DNA of 64,000 bases from Octopus sinensis (lineage: Eukaryota): positions 15,500,001 to 15,564,000 of the forward strand of contig NC_043012.1 in the NCBI RefSeq assembly GCF_006345805.1, given 5' to 3'. A program made the position numbers and the translations under genes. Shown in pieces: positions 26,490-41,148 of this stretch. Positions within the stretch are counted from its first letter, which is position 1. Every line of letters starts with the position of its first letter. Below the pieces are notes generated by a model. It saw only the letters and a program-made list of their open reading frames with translations. It was not told the DNA's origin and searched no databases.

Positions 26490-27177
26490 TTTAAAAAGAC
26501 TTTGTTTGATTCAGCAACAGAGTTCTTTGATGCCACCGTCCCAGAACTTAGTGTGAGGCTTAAAAGTATAAAGAAAGATATTGCGTACTAGTCTGACTTA
26601 TTCACTAAATCCAGCGAAGTGACTAAGAAGCTGCAAGGAGATGGTGTTAATCTCATCCAAATTAAGTCAACCATCTCAACATTTCAAGCGAAACTCGTTA
26701 TGTATTAACGCAATATTGGACGCAGGGAATTTTTCCAGTTTCCTTGCTTGTTTAGTTTTGAAAAGGACGGAAAACTTGCAGACGAGGATCTGCTTGTCTT
26801 TTGCTCCTGACTGGATTGTCAACCCCTTCGTTGACATCGGTGAAGAAGAGAGTGGAGAGTTAGAAGAGGAGCTGGTAACTCTCCAAAATGATATTAAATT
26901 GAAGCCTAAATTCCGCAAGTGGGATCAAGAATTTTGGCTTCAAAAAGCTATCCATGACCGCTATCCGGAGCTTTGGAAGAAAGTCAAATTGTTTTTCATT
27001 GCCTTTCCAACATCTTATTTGGTTGAGAAAGGATTCAGTGCGGTCATTTGCCTTCTTACAAAGCAGCGGTGTAAGCTCTGAATTACGGACCGTGGTGATC
27101 TCAGGCTTATTCTTCGCACAATTCAACCTGAGGTTGAGAGGTTACTTTCTCTTCACCAAGCTCATCCTTCTCATTGA
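26490..27177 (+). mobile_element. hAT (Buster/Charlie-type) transposase C-terminal remnant
   Basis: DIAY*SDLF...LQGD, PDWIVNPF, FWLQ...YPELW...LFFIAFPTSYLVEKGFSAV, ITDRGDLRL...QAHPSH*; contains stops and frameshifts. Confidence 0.88.
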
Positions 27178-27604
27178 ACCCCTCCCGAAAACCCCACCTG
27201 AATGGGCTGTTTTAGTGGTATACTATTATGGCTTTAATCTTTCGTCTCTTTTCTTTTGCTATGAACACCGTAGCAACTTATCTCTTTTTTTTTAAAGCAC
27301 GAACTTTGCGACATTTATACGATCAAACTCTTATTATTGGTTTGAAATTCCTTTCGTACAGGACTTATAACATTGCCTTTTTTTATACATTCCTTTGTTG
27401 CATGCATTTCTTTTCTCTTGTGGGAGACTCTCGTACCATTAACACTGCTGCACTAATAGTAATCAAGACCTGTACTTGCAACCACTTATTGACCGCTGTA
27501 TTTTGTGATTTCTATTTTATGTAAAGTTGTGAATAGTTTTTTAGAGGTCATAAATTACATACGGAATCTACCTTTCTGGGTAGCATACTACTGACACATT
27601 GTGA

Positions 27605-27926
27605 GGGCGCGTGGCTTAGTGGTTAGGGCATTCGGCTCATGATCGTAAGGTTGTGAGTTCGATTCCCGGTGACGCGTTGTGTCCTTGAGCAAGACACTTT
27701 ATTTCACGTTGCTCCAGTCCACTCAGCTGGCAAAAATGAGTTGTACTTGTATTTCAAAGGGTCAGCCTTGTCACTCTCTGTGTCACGCTGATTATCCCCG
27801 AGAACTACGTTAAGGGTACACGTGTCTGTGGAATGCTCAGCCATTTGCACGTTAATTTCACGAGCAAGCTGTTCCGTTGATCGTATCAGCTGGGACCCTC
27901 GTCGTCGTAACCGGCGGAGTCTTTAA
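27605..27926 (+). mobile_element. tRNA-derived SINE (CORE/V-like central domain), family distinct from the others
   Basis: A box TGGCTTAGTGG, B box GAGTTCGATTCC, then GTGTCCTTGAGCAAGACACTTT. Confidence 0.8.
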
Positions 27927-28317
27927 ACTACTGACACTTGCTCTCAGTATGTTTGCATATTTTGTTCCTTATCTTTCAATTTTTTTATTACAATGTTGCT
28001 TCCTTGTAAGTTTTGTATTATGATATTTCAACACAGATCACCATATATTCTCTGCTTACACCAAAATGGCTTTCTTTGACACACTTAGCCATATCTGCTA
28101 CACTTCCAATGTTTATTATTTGTATATATAATTTATGACAAATAAAATTATTATGGAGTTGTTCAAGCGACACGATGATTTAATTTCACGTCTAACAAAA
28201 ACACGTGGTGGATTGTAATGTATATAAGAAATTAAAAAAGGAAAATACGCACAGTTACATGGTTTTCATATAATTTTTAATATATCGACCGGTTCAAACT
28301 GAAAAGTCAAAATGCCA

Positions 28318-28560
28318 AAGTTACGGGGACGCAAACACACCATCATCGGTTGTCAAGCGAAGGGGGACAAACACAGACACACAAACATATACACACACGA
28401 CGGGCTTCTTCAGTTTCCGTCTACCAAATCCACTCACAAGGCTTTGGTCGACCCGAGGCTATAGTAGAAGACACTTGTCCAAGCTGCCACGCAGTGGGGA
28501 TGAACCCGGAACCATGTGGTTGGTAAGGAGGCTACTTACCTCACCGCCACTCCTGCGCCT
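28318..28560 (-). mobile_element. tRNA-derived CORE-like SINE (5' part)
   Basis: Reverse complement of the family head and core. Confidence 0.85.
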
Positions 28561-29212
28561 AAACAAATGACTTACTGTTTCACTAAATTAAATAAACACT
28601 CGATTAGTTTGTTAAATATTTAAGCAGTTGACTAATGATAAAGGAGTGGAAGTCAACTAGTGCATGTGTCAATAATATTGGCGTGATGACTCTCACGAGA
28701 CTCAACAGAATATTATGGCAATTTATATTTATAATAACTGTTATTTACATTAATGTATAAATCTGTTGGGTCAGACCTAGTATTTAAAACAAATGTACGA
28801 AGTTGACTAATAATAAAGAAGTAAAAGTGAACCAGTGCATGTGTTAATAATATTGGTATAATGACTCTCCCTAGACATAACAGAATATTATGGTAAATTC
28901 TGGGGTTTACCTGATACTGAAAATTGACAAAACTTATAAGATTTTTAGAAACTGAGTAACAATCGCAAACACTAATATCATTCTCCTAAGATTCGTAAAA
29001 ATAATTGTAGAGTTTTTTTTCCTTAGAACAAAAGTCAAAATTGAAGCTGTTAAAAAAAAATGATTTGTTTATTGAAAGTAATCAATTTTACCTTTATCTT
29101 TATAAAAAAAAAAATAAAAAAAGAGAAGCACAAGAATTCAACAGAGAAAAATCAACGCGGATCACCTTTATACATGAAAATAATTATTTCCAAACATGCA
29201 CGGTACTATATA

Positions 29213-29428
29213 GGAGGGGTGCTGAAAAAGTTCCTGGCTTTGGGTAAAAGAAAAAACAGGAGGATCAGTCAATTATGATTTTATTCAACATATTCCCCTC
29301 TCAGATTCACACACTTATTGCAGCAGTCCTTCAGTTTTTCTAAGCCCTGTAAAAGAATTCGGAAGGATGAGCCTCTAATAAGGACTTTTGCGATACCCTT
29401 AAAGCCAGGAACTTTCAGCACCCACTCG
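29213..29428. mobile_element. Tc1/mariner-type MITE
   Basis: ~28-bp terminal inverted repeats (TIRs) GGAGGGGTGCTGAAAAAGTTCCTGGCTTT / AAAGCCAGGAACTTTCAGCACCCACTCG, flanked by TA on both sides. Confidence 0.85.
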
Positions 29429-29519
29429 TAGATACATAAAAATCACAAACATTTCAAGACGAATAATTTAGGGAATTAATAAGAATCATAATAAGAATCG
29501 TACCACAAAATATGTTGAC

Positions 29520-30560
29520 TACTGCGTGAAGGTAGGGGTGGAATGAACGTTACTAGAAGGATGAGAAACAATATTTACTATCTTACAATTCATTATCACG
29601 AACATCTGCTTGACGGGTGAGGAAATTATCCAAAGTATTTTGCTGTTGTTTATAACGCATCATCTCTTTGTACAGCTCTGTATAGGAACTAAGCTCATTA
29701 AAAAAGGCCCTTGTAATTTTTGTCACATTCACGATTAGGGTTATTATCAGCAAAAACCCACAACACAGTCTGCCCCTCGTACCTTTCCAAGCTCGATTCA
29801 AAGTTGAAAGTTTTACTTCATCCCATGACTCAGTTATATTATCCACTTCATCCATTATGCTGAATTTCCTCCAGAAATCTCTAACGGTAGATTTATTTAT
29901 CCACCCTGTCACAATGTCAGTTGCTTTCTTTCGTAAGTTGTTTGTAAGTTCTCATATAATATACCTTGAAGTTAGCTGTCACACATTGATCCACTGGTAG
30001 GAGCAAAGTGACATTCTTGGGGATATACTCTACTCGGACATTATCAGAAGGTCATCTAAGTTCGCTGGATGGCTTGGTGCATTGTTTAAACGAAGCAATA
30101 CTTTGTTTGAAATATTATGCATGCACTCTACCTTTCTACGGTAGGATATTAAGAAAACAAAAACGTTTGTAAACCACTCTTTGAAAAGGTTCTTAGACAT
30201 CCATGCCTCCTAATTTGACTGCAAAATCAGAGGTAAATTAAACTTTGTTTAACCCTTGAAAGCCCTTGAATTTTCGGAGTGATACACATACAGGGCTTTA
30301 ACTTCGTATCACCGGTGATTTTCCTCCCAAAAAGAAGAGTTTGATAATTTTTGGGAAGCTTTAAATCCTGGTGTTGATTTTTCTTCTCGAGAAATAAAAG
30401 TTCTAATACGCATGCGTTTTCAGAAAAGTGCAGTCTCATCAACATTGTATACTTGCTCTGGTAAGTAGCCCCTTCAGCAATCATTTTTTTCAACTGTTCA
30501 CGATACTTAGTAGCAGCCTCTGTATTAGTGCTCGCAGTTTCAACAGGATAACTTATGAAT
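29520..30560 (-). mobile_element. Tigger/pogo transposase remnant
   Basis: Minus-strand fragments HPANLDDLSDNVRVEYIP..PVDQ.V.ANFKVYY and VRDFWRKFSIMD.VDNI.ESWDEVK.STLNRAWK; heavily degraded. Confidence 0.8.
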
Positions 30561-30658
30561 TTGAGGAGAAATATGAAATAAAAACCGATACAGATTTCTC
30601 CCCAATGAGCATTGGTAAAATCTATTTATCTGAACAACAGAAAAAAGTATATATGTGC

Positions 30659-30704
<46 letters not shown>

Positions 30705-30824
30705 AAATGGAAAGATGAATTATCTTGTTACGGATTATGGAAAATTGTGGCCTTTGAAACATGTGTAGAATGTAATAAAAGGAATTCTGTACAATCTTCG
30801 TTCAACTCCATTTCTTCCATTCAC

Positions 30825-30883
<59 letters not shown>

Positions 30884-30896
30884 GTGTGTGTGTGTG

Positions 30897-30934
<38 letters not shown>

Positions 30935-31588
30935 GTTCCTATCCTATCATTTTGCTCATTCGTCTAATTCATTCCAATAACAAACCGGTTACTTTTTTTC
31001 TTCAGTTTTCAGCACCTTCCTCCTTAACTCTGTAATCAAGATTTAATGTTACATAAGTCTATATGAGTAGGAGAAACGTTTGTCTGAGTCCTGTACACCC
31101 ATTCATTGTCTAGGAATTGAGCCCAGATCGCTATATTTCAACGACCAGGATTTTGTTAGGGATTGATAACGTCGGTAAACAACTGACCAATCAAATCTCT
31201 GGTAGAAATCACTGCATGGACACAAACGTAAGTTGTCCAGTTGTTGACCAATCGAATCTCCTGTAGAACGGGGTATCATCAACAATTTGTTTTTTGTGCC
31301 ATTTTCCCTTGACACAACTAGGTACTTAAAGTCGGTCACTGCTGGTCCAAACACCACTCACAACTACTGTGTTTTCTCGATACACAACTTCAAAAATTAT
31401 TGAACTATCTAATTCATGCAAAGATTTCTTTTCCATCGTTGGCTGAAACGACCACTTATTGTTTGTCTATTGATAAATATTTTTGGATTTAGAAATTCTC
31501 ACGAACATCTTGTTCTGGCATCAACCATTCAGCTCAACCAAATCATTACATTGATGACAGCCAAAATCAGATATATTCTTATCCTTAC

Positions 31589-31619
<31 letters not shown>

Positions 31620-33000
31620 TGTATGTATGTATGTATGTATGTATGTATGTATGTATGTATGTATGTATGTATGTATGTATGTATGTATGTATATGCAGAT
31701 TTGTATGTTTTATGTATGTATTTTTGTATATATAGTTGCATATCTAGACGTGCTCATTTATATTTAAATGATAAACTTATGAAAAGTTTTACAGAATTTT
31801 ACAGTTCCAGTGATGGATTGGATCTGTAGTCGAATTAGCTTTCTCCTTTCTGTGTTTGAGAAGACTAACTTCTTAAGATTGGTATTTAGGCAGTGTGTTA
31901 CATATCCCAGGGCCAATAATTACAGGTATAAACCTGAACTTGTAATCTGGATAGAGTAACTGCAGATTTCTCAATAGTTCAGCACAGGTGTTCTTATTTT
32001 CACTGAACTTCACCTTTATGTTAACATCCGCTGGGCAGCTAATTTCCACAACTGTGCACAGTTTCTCTTCTCTATCCCAAATAACTATGTCATGTCTGTT
32101 GTGCTTACATTTTATTGGGGTCTTTACTGGGACATTCCACCAGTTATTCATTTTTATTATGATTGGCAATGGCTTCTACCATATTGTGGGTTCTTATTTC
32201 TTTGTCCTTGGAATTATCCTTCCGACGGATTTCAGTATAGAGTGTCCTAGCTACAATATCATGTCTCATCGGTAGATAATGCTGCGATGACATTTTCGGA
32301 CAACTGCTTATGATGTAGGTGATATCTTCAGTATGAACTGTATAAAATCTGCATCGCTTGTCACATTTTACTGCTTTTCCTGCATTTTTCTATCCCTTTT
32401 GTGCATCAGGTACTTGGTTGATATTTGCTGTTCCTGGATTGCAAACGCATACCCTTCAAAGTGGGAGGTAGTAATCCGGCTATTGGTCCATGATAAACTG
32501 CTTTGACGATCGATAGGCTCATCTTTTCATCTGATGATACGTTGCGGTAGAGTCGTGGACTTCTTTGGGTATGTATTCTAGGTTATCAAACAAAGAGTGT
32601 TGTTCAAGGAGCCGCCTCCCAAGTCATGATATTATCAACCTCATGTATGCAAACGTGATCAAGGGATGCACTTCGACACTTGATATTTAAAGGATGGTGC
32701 CGAAGGGATATGATGCGACAATCAAAGGCATTTTGGATCTACCGCCTTGTTTTCGTTTTAAGTAGAGGCGATCTACATCACTGTTTATGTGTACTTGTTA
32801 GTATTTTTCACATCAATGGCTCGGATCTCATCAAGTGTCCAATCAAGAAGCCCAAATATTGGTATGAGTACTGGCACTGCAAACACATTGGGGGCCACTG
32901 TTTTATTGAATGCTGAGATTTCTGGGATCCAAATTTTCTTTATTCGGCTGTAATATTCTTTAGTGACAGGTGTTTTGTTACAAGTGTCATTGCAAGACAT
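31589..33000 (-). mobile_element. R4/Dong-clade RLE LINE 3' half with (TACA)n tail
   Basis: Minus strand: NVFAVPVLIPIFGLLDWTLDEIRAIDV, HFEGYAFAIQEQ, CCHC-like CDKRCRF..EDIT.IISSCP...RHD, RLE motif HNR.DIVIWD...VEISCP.D.N; stop at 31764-31766; 3' UTR runs into the microsatellite at 31589-31692. Confidence 0.85.
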
Positions 33001-33350
33001 ATTTTCAGCCACAGTTCATGCTTCATATGACAATAGTACAGACTTGAGACTATGGCCACCTTCTTGGCGTGGGAAGTATAGCTTGTCTTCACCCCTATTT
33101 ATGCTGAAGTTTCTTGTAACACTGAGCAGCTTGTGAGTTCGAACATCTATCTCATTCAGTTCTTGTAGTTACCAGTTCAGAAGGCCAAATGTAAGCGTGA
33201 GGACAGGCACTGTAAAGGTATTGTGGGCAATATGTTTGTTATGAACTGAGAGTTCTGATTGCCTTATTCTCTTTACTCTCTTAAGATATTCATTTCTGGT
33301 TTTCTCATTTATGGGCACATCATATCTGACATTCTCATTCTGTCAGAGAT
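33001..33350 (-). mobile_element. Second, related R4/Dong-clade LINE fragment
   Basis: Minus strand YLKRVKRIRQSELSVHNKHIAHNTFTVPVLTLTFGLLNW...IDVRTHKLL...LYFPRQEGG, repeating the same protein region as 32785-33000 but diverged. Confidence 0.75.
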
Positions 33351-33406
33351 ACCTATAATTGTTACCAGAGATACCTATAATTGTTACCAGAGATACCTAT
33401 AATTGT
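33345..33406. repeat. 22-bp tandem repeat x2.8
   Basis: AGAGATACCTATAATTGTTACC starting at 33345, 33367 and 33389. Confidence 0.9.
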
Positions 33407-33534
33407 AGAGGTTGTATTTTCAAGCCATTCATTTTTAGGCTTTCAGAGGAGGGCAAAACCTTTTCTATGTTTTATTGTCGTAACGGTATATTCATTTCAA
33501 ACTATAGCACCATCCAATGGAAAGAACCAACTGA

Positions 33535-33665
33535 ACTACGAAACAATGAAGAAATAACAATCAAAGAAGCGGATAAAGGGAGTGCAGCAGTGGTAAAAGG
33601 CACATTTTACTACACAAATCTAATAGTATCCATACTAATTAAGGACGAACACTACGAAAAAAATC
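33535..33665 (+). mobile_element. Penelope-like RT N-terminal fragment
   Basis: LRNNEEITIKEADKGSAAVV...YY...L..D..YEK matches the I-K-x-A-D-K-G motif of PLE RTs. Confidence 0.7.
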
Positions 33666-33799
33666 AAGGAATTTAAATTTCCCATATTTATCAATTCAAA
33701 ATGTACAAGCAAAAGTAGAAAAAGTGCTGAACATCTACAATAAATGTATAAAGCGAGGAAAATATGATTCATTGAAAGGAATTTTTGAAATTACAAAGG

Positions 33800-35120
33800 A
33801 AAACGGTAAATGATTGAGCAGTGAGGATAGAAGGTTATATTATTTTCAAATTGAAAGCAAGGGACAGTTTGATTATGAGCTGGAAAGGCAGCCAGTTCCA
33901 AAACTATCCATCCATCCAAAAGAAGAAAAGTGTCCTGAATGCCAACTTCAATCAGAGCAACTCCAGTGTCAACGTCAAGGTCTGAAGCAGGGACTGAAAG
34001 TGGATATCAAGAGTCTGAATAATCATATGATGATTCCACACAAATAAGGAGGAAGTATACCAAAACTGGAACTACAACCAAATTAGCAATATCTCCCATG
34101 CTATCAACTAAAAAAGCAGCAAAAGTTTGTCGACAATAATTTCAAGTTGGAATCAATGTCAAGACTCCTTCCCAATCTGGTATTTACAGATCGACTATCA
34201 AAGAAATTGTTAAACTAAAAAAGAAAATGAAGAAAACACTACATTTAGAAAACTGGTCATTGCATTTTGATGGTAAACATATTGATGACCAAGAATACCA
34301 AGTGCTAGTTTTAAAGAATGAACAGGGAGAAGTTAAGTTAGAAGCACTTCAAATACCAAAATGAAAAGCTGATGCTGTTGTGAAAGGAATAACAACTGTT
34401 TTAGATGAATACAATTTATAGAACTGTGTAAAGATGATTGTCACTGATACAACACTGGGAAAAGAAATGGCATTGTCATTCAGTTGCAACGACTGTTTGC
34501 TCAAAAGGGTTTGAAAGAACCGCAGTTTATTGGTTGTCAGCATCATATCTTTGATAGAGTTCTTCGTGTCGTAATGGATAACGAACTTGGAGAGAAAAGT
34601 CATCTTCCAATATTGAATATACATTGATCCCAGAGCTTCTAAGTAATTATGAGAAACTCCTGGCTAATTTCAACAATGGTGAAGAAAAGATGACTGATTC
34701 AGCAAGATGGCGAGATGACATGAAATTTCTATTTCATTTGACCAGAATTTTTCGTTTCATTGAAGAAACTGGCATAGTTTTAAAAAATACCCGACTAAAG
34801 TAATGCAAGATGGAATTCTCGAGCAATACTAGCTATTTTGGCATTTATTCTTCTGCCGGAGAAAAGAGTTTTGCTTCTCAATGTTTGTCGATTCATCTCT
34901 TACAGCTGGGCAGATTTTTGGTTTACTGACCAAATGTTAAATGTACATGATTATCAGAAGTTATGTGGTAGCCTGCAAGTTCATAAAAAAGTATTGAACT
35001 CTGTAAAAACTTTTGGAGTCGAGAACCATCAAAACTGGAAATTTCTAGAATAAATCAGAGTGCAAGATCTTTATGATGTTTGTAGAAAGAAGGGGAAACT
35101 TCTGCTTCGATTTAATTCTT
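33800..35120 (+). mobile_element. Degenerate DDE transposase, hAT-related (hATm-like)
   Basis: Frame-shifted fragments WSLHFDGKHI (first Asp), MIVTDTT (second Asp), CxxH motif IGCQHHI, and ARWNSRAI. Confidence 0.65.
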
Positions 35121-35736
35121 AATTAAATTCTTTGTTATGCTTAATTCTTTGTTATGTTTAAAAATTTGCTAACATTCAGCACCCTTTTTCTTATACAGTT
35201 ATTAAAAATTGGAATTAAGCCTATAAAGTTAAAAATATGTATTGTTTTTAATTTTGTATATTACCGAATGCTTGTAGTGGTCAAAGTCTTAAAATAGCCT
35301 AGTTTTCAACCTTTGCATAGAGCAATTTCAATTCAATCATCTTAAAGATATACAAATATACTTTCATTCCACATCTCTCTTGCGTTTACAAGGATTTAGG
35401 AAACGGAAATACTGAAGTGTGAATCGTGTGTCGTTTAACGATAACAGTTTAACCAGCCCATAACTCCAGAACTACTTCAACTAGAAAGCTGAAATTTCAG
35501 ATAAACAATTTCTGTATTGCATTGAGTCAGCAAATCAAGTTTGGTAAAAACTTGAGCAGGCGTTATGAACCCACCTAGAATTTTGCATAATTTGGGCCAA
35601 AAGTGGTGTTTGGTTTAAGTTGGGGGTGAAATTTTTTGTAAATAAACCAAAATAAATGTTAGTTTCTTGATTTTTATAAGATTTGGCATCGAATTATTTT
35701 ATAGGGTTATTACGTTGCGAAAAATTCATAACCTTA

Positions 35737-37035
<1,299 letters not shown>

Positions 37036-37050
37036 ATATATATATGTATA

Positions 37051-37750
37051 CTAGCTGAGGTACCCGGTAAAAAATTACCGTTAATAAGATATCTGCTTAT
37101 CGCTATGAAACATATTTCGTCAAATTTCGACAATTTTCAAAAATTTTAAATCTATATTAATGGGTAGGACCAATTTGACGAAAAAATGAGCAGAGTCTGG
37201 TAGCGAACCCATGTCGTCGCCATTTTTTTTTTGCATGTGCGTAAAATGGCGAAATTTTATGCTTTAGGGGTAGATTTCATCAAACAGATGTTACGACGGT
37301 TAGTGAGCAAAATGCCTAAATTTTGCTTGAGAAATAAAATGGACTTTCCTAATCAAAACCTGAAACGCTGGGGAATTAAAACAACGAATTGAAATAATAA
37401 GTTTTAGCAAATCGAAACAATTTGCAATGAAATGAAGAATTGGCAAATGCCAAATAGATTACCGTTAATAAGTTGTCTGTTTATACCCATGAAACATTTT
37501 TCGTCAAATTTCGAAATTTTTCGTCAAATTGATGTCACGATGGCTAATGCGAAAAATGCCGAAATTTTACGATTTTTGAAAAATCGATGCTGATTAAAAA
37601 TAGATTTTTACAAAATTCCAAGTGCGTAAGTGACCGTATGGGCATAACCCCACCCCCCACGCGTGTCAAGTTTCATCGAGGTCAGTTGGATAGTCTCGGA
37701 GGAGTTAAAGTAACAAATTCACAAACACAAACTTGCCATTTATTATTATA
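37051..37750 (-). mobile_element. Non-autonomous Helitron
   Basis: Minus-strand 3' end CTAG|T at 37051-37054 with hairpin CGGTAA-AAAA-TTACCG (37065-37080) 10 nt inside. The other end grades into (CATA)n; the 5' TC was not clearly seen. Confidence 0.7.
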
Positions 37751-39005
37751 CAAACATACATTCATACATACATGCATACATGCATGCATACATACATACA
37801 TACATACATACATACATACATACATACATACATACATACATACATGCATACAAGCATACATACATGCATATATGCATACATACATACATACATACATACA
37901 TGCATACATGCATACATACATGCATACATGCATACATACATACATACATACATGCATACATACATGCATACATACATACATACATACAAACATACATACA
38001 TACATACATACATACATACGTACATACATGCATACATGCATACATACATACATACATACATACATGCATACATACATACATACATGCATACATACATACA
38101 TACATACATACATACATACATACATACATGCATACATGCATACATACATGCATACATACATACATACATACATACATACATACATAAATTAATAAATAAA
38201 ACATATGCATACATACATATATGTACATACCTACATCAATATGTATATATACATGCATATATGGGTACAGGACACCAAAAAACGTAGAACACAACGAGAA
38301 ACGAAAACATAAAAACAAAACATGGAAACAGACTTTTTTAAACAACGAAAAAACAGAGTACAAGACATACAGCACAAGGAACATTCCCCTTCCTCAGCTG
38401 CCCCTGTTTCGACTACTCCGTGTTTCGAATACATACATATATACATACATGCATACATACATGCATACATACATACATACATACATACATACATGCATGC
38501 ATGCATGCATACATACATACATACATATATGCATGCATGCATGCATGCATGCATACATACATACATACATACATGCATACATACATACATACATACATAC
38601 ATGCATGCATACATACATACATACATACATGCATACATACATACATACATACATACATGCATGCATGCATACATACATACATACATACATACATACATGC
38701 ATGCATGCATACATACATACATGCATGCATGCATACATACATACATACATACATACATACATGCATGCATACATACATACATGCATGCATACATACATAC
38801 ATACATACATACATACATACATACATGCATACATGCATACATACATGCATGCATGCATGCATGCATGCATACATACATGCATGCATGCATACATGCATGC
38901 ATGCATGCATACATACATACATACATACATACATACATGCATGCATGCATGCATACATACATACATACATACATACATACATACATACATACATACATAC
39001 ATGCA
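37745..39005. repeat. Two (CATA/CATG)n tetranucleotide arrays (37745-38186, 38429-39005)
   Basis: Direct reading; source of the MYVC/HTYI pseudo-ORFs. Confidence 0.97.
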
Positions 39006-39453
39006 TATGTGTGCGCGTATGTTTGTTTTGCTATCAAGATTGGCAAAATCCACCTTGTTCGTAAAAAGTTTTTGACCTGGGTTTGCACCCTCTAAGTAAA
39101 TTTTGCTCCCGGGCCACTACCCAAATTAACCCCTCATAATTTTTTTTCAGTTTTTGGAAATTTCAAAACATTTTTATGAATTTGTGTTCTACACATGGGA
39201 ATTCATACAACTATTGAATAAAGTTTTTTTTCAATTTTTCGAACTTTTGTTTTTTTAATCAGACAGTCCGAACTTTTGACTTAAACCGTAGCAATAGACC
39301 ATTACATGTGTTTATAGGGAGAAAGTTATTGAAAAGAATGAATACGTCAGAGTGATAAACAAAGAGGGTATCAGGTGGTTGAGAGATGTGCTAAAAATAA
39401 CAGCTAAATAGCCCCCAAATCACGCACAAAAAGTTTTTTTTTTTTTTTTTTCA

Positions 39454-39611
39454 AGTCGCAGGAGTAGCTGAGTGGTAAGTAGCTTGCTTACCAACCACAT
39501 GGTTCCGGGTTCAGTCCCACTGCATGGCACCTTGGGCAAGTGTCTTCTACAATAGCCTCGGGCCCACCAAAGCCTTGTGAATGAAAGAAGCCTGTCGTAT
39601 ATATGTATATG

Positions 39612-39653
<42 letters not shown>

Positions 39654-39847
39654 TGTCTGTGTTTGTCCCCCAACATCGCTTGACAACCGATGCTGGTGTT
39701 TTTATGTCCCCGTAACTTAGCGGTTCGGCAAAAGTGACCGATAGAATAAGTACTAGGCTTACAAAGAATAAGTCCTGGGGTCGATTTGCTCGACTAAAGG
39801 CGGTGCTCCAGCATGGCCGCAGTCAAATGACTGAAACAAGTAAAAGA

Positions 39848-39853
<6 letters not shown>
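39454..39853 (+). mobile_element. tRNA-derived CORE-like SINE followed by (GA)n
   Basis: Family head, GGTTCAGTCCC B box, core, internal (TG)n, AAAAGAGT tail. Confidence 0.88.
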
Positions 39854-39919
<66 letters not shown>

Positions 39920-40968
39920 AGTCGTATGAATTCCCGTGTGTAGAATACAAATTTGCAAAATTTTCCTGAAAATTCCAATTATGTGGAGTATTTAAAGCCG
40001 AATTCTGCCTCGATCTCTTCCTGACTCATTTATACTCCATGCAGTTAAAGAGAAGAAATTAATGAAATTAATCATTATTCATTTTGCCCCAGATCAGACG
40101 GTAGTTTTTGAAAATTGAAAATCATCAAATTAGACATTGGTGTCAGAAAAAATTGACTTGGAATCCAACAGAGAAAAGAATTTGGATTGTTAAAAACCAA
40201 AAATTATCTCGATATTTTAGTTCTGGCCCACTCCCTTGTAGTTATGTCAAGTATTTAACAAAATGACGAAAAATAGTGAAAAAAAAGGTCAAAGAAAAAG
40301 AGTCGATATAATGAAAAACATGTGAGTATAAAAGCAATAATTCTAAAGCTGAAAAAATGAGCTGTTGAGAGATGTAATTTTATGATTAAAACTAAATTTG
40401 GAACATATTCATTACTCCCTCGCTCTTTCATAAAATAACACCAGTTTTCAATGCTTCACTGGAATAAGGAAGTTTATACAATGGCAATATATGTGCACGC
40501 GTATTTATGTGTGGGTGTAAAGTTACTGCTCAGTCACGTCATCTAAGTCATCTCTCTCTCTCTCTCTCTCCCCCTCTCTCTCTCTCCCTCTCTCACACAC
40601 AGTTGAAAATGGATCTTTTCTTTTTGATGGACGGAATTTTCTAGTTAACTAAACAATTTGAAACTTCGTATACTGGTAGAATGTGTCAAAAGAAAACATT
40701 ATTGTAAACAAAATTTAATTCGAAGAATTAAACTACGTTAAACTTACAAATTACAATTTTGTTTACAATAATGTTTTCAAAAAGAAAAGATCCAAAAAAG
40801 CTACTGCCGTTTGCGATAGTAATCAGAGGAACAACATCCTGATCATCTCTACTAAATGCTACCACTCTGTTCTCGTGCATTACTTATTCTTCCCTCTCAA
40901 CTGGCAGATAGCCACTTCTACACTATCAACAACCAATCAGCGTGCGAACTTGTCACTGCCACAACAAT

Positions 40969-41065
40969 TACCGTATTTTCCGGTGTATAAACCGCTATTT
41001 TTTAACTGGAAAATAAACTGCGGCTTATAGAAAGGTGCACCTAATATGTATAGTTTTTTTTATAA
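40969..41065 (+). mobile_element. pogo/Tc1-type terminal fragment
   Basis: TA|CCGTATTTTCCGGTGTATAA resembles pogo-group TIRs; partner end not found. Confidence 0.4.
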
Positions 41066-41148
41066 GTTTCAGGAGGAAAATAATTTGTCTATGGAGATCG
41101 ACTGATTCGATTGATTTTATCACAGGAAAGGTCGGTTGGTGAACAAAT

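Noticed and set aside
28626-28900. Diverged ~100-bp direct repeat with ~175-bp period
   Set aside because: Old and degraded, with no interpretable structure beyond a local duplication.
31100-31530. Possible LTR-retrotransposon (BEL/Gypsy) scrap
   Set aside because: Resemblance is limited to a few residues and cannot be supported.
39143-39985. Inverted pair (…GGGAATTCATACAACTAT / ATAGTCGTATGAATTCCC…) as TIRs of one element
   Set aside because: The apparent termini face inward, which fits the ends of two separate copies of a dispersed repeat better.
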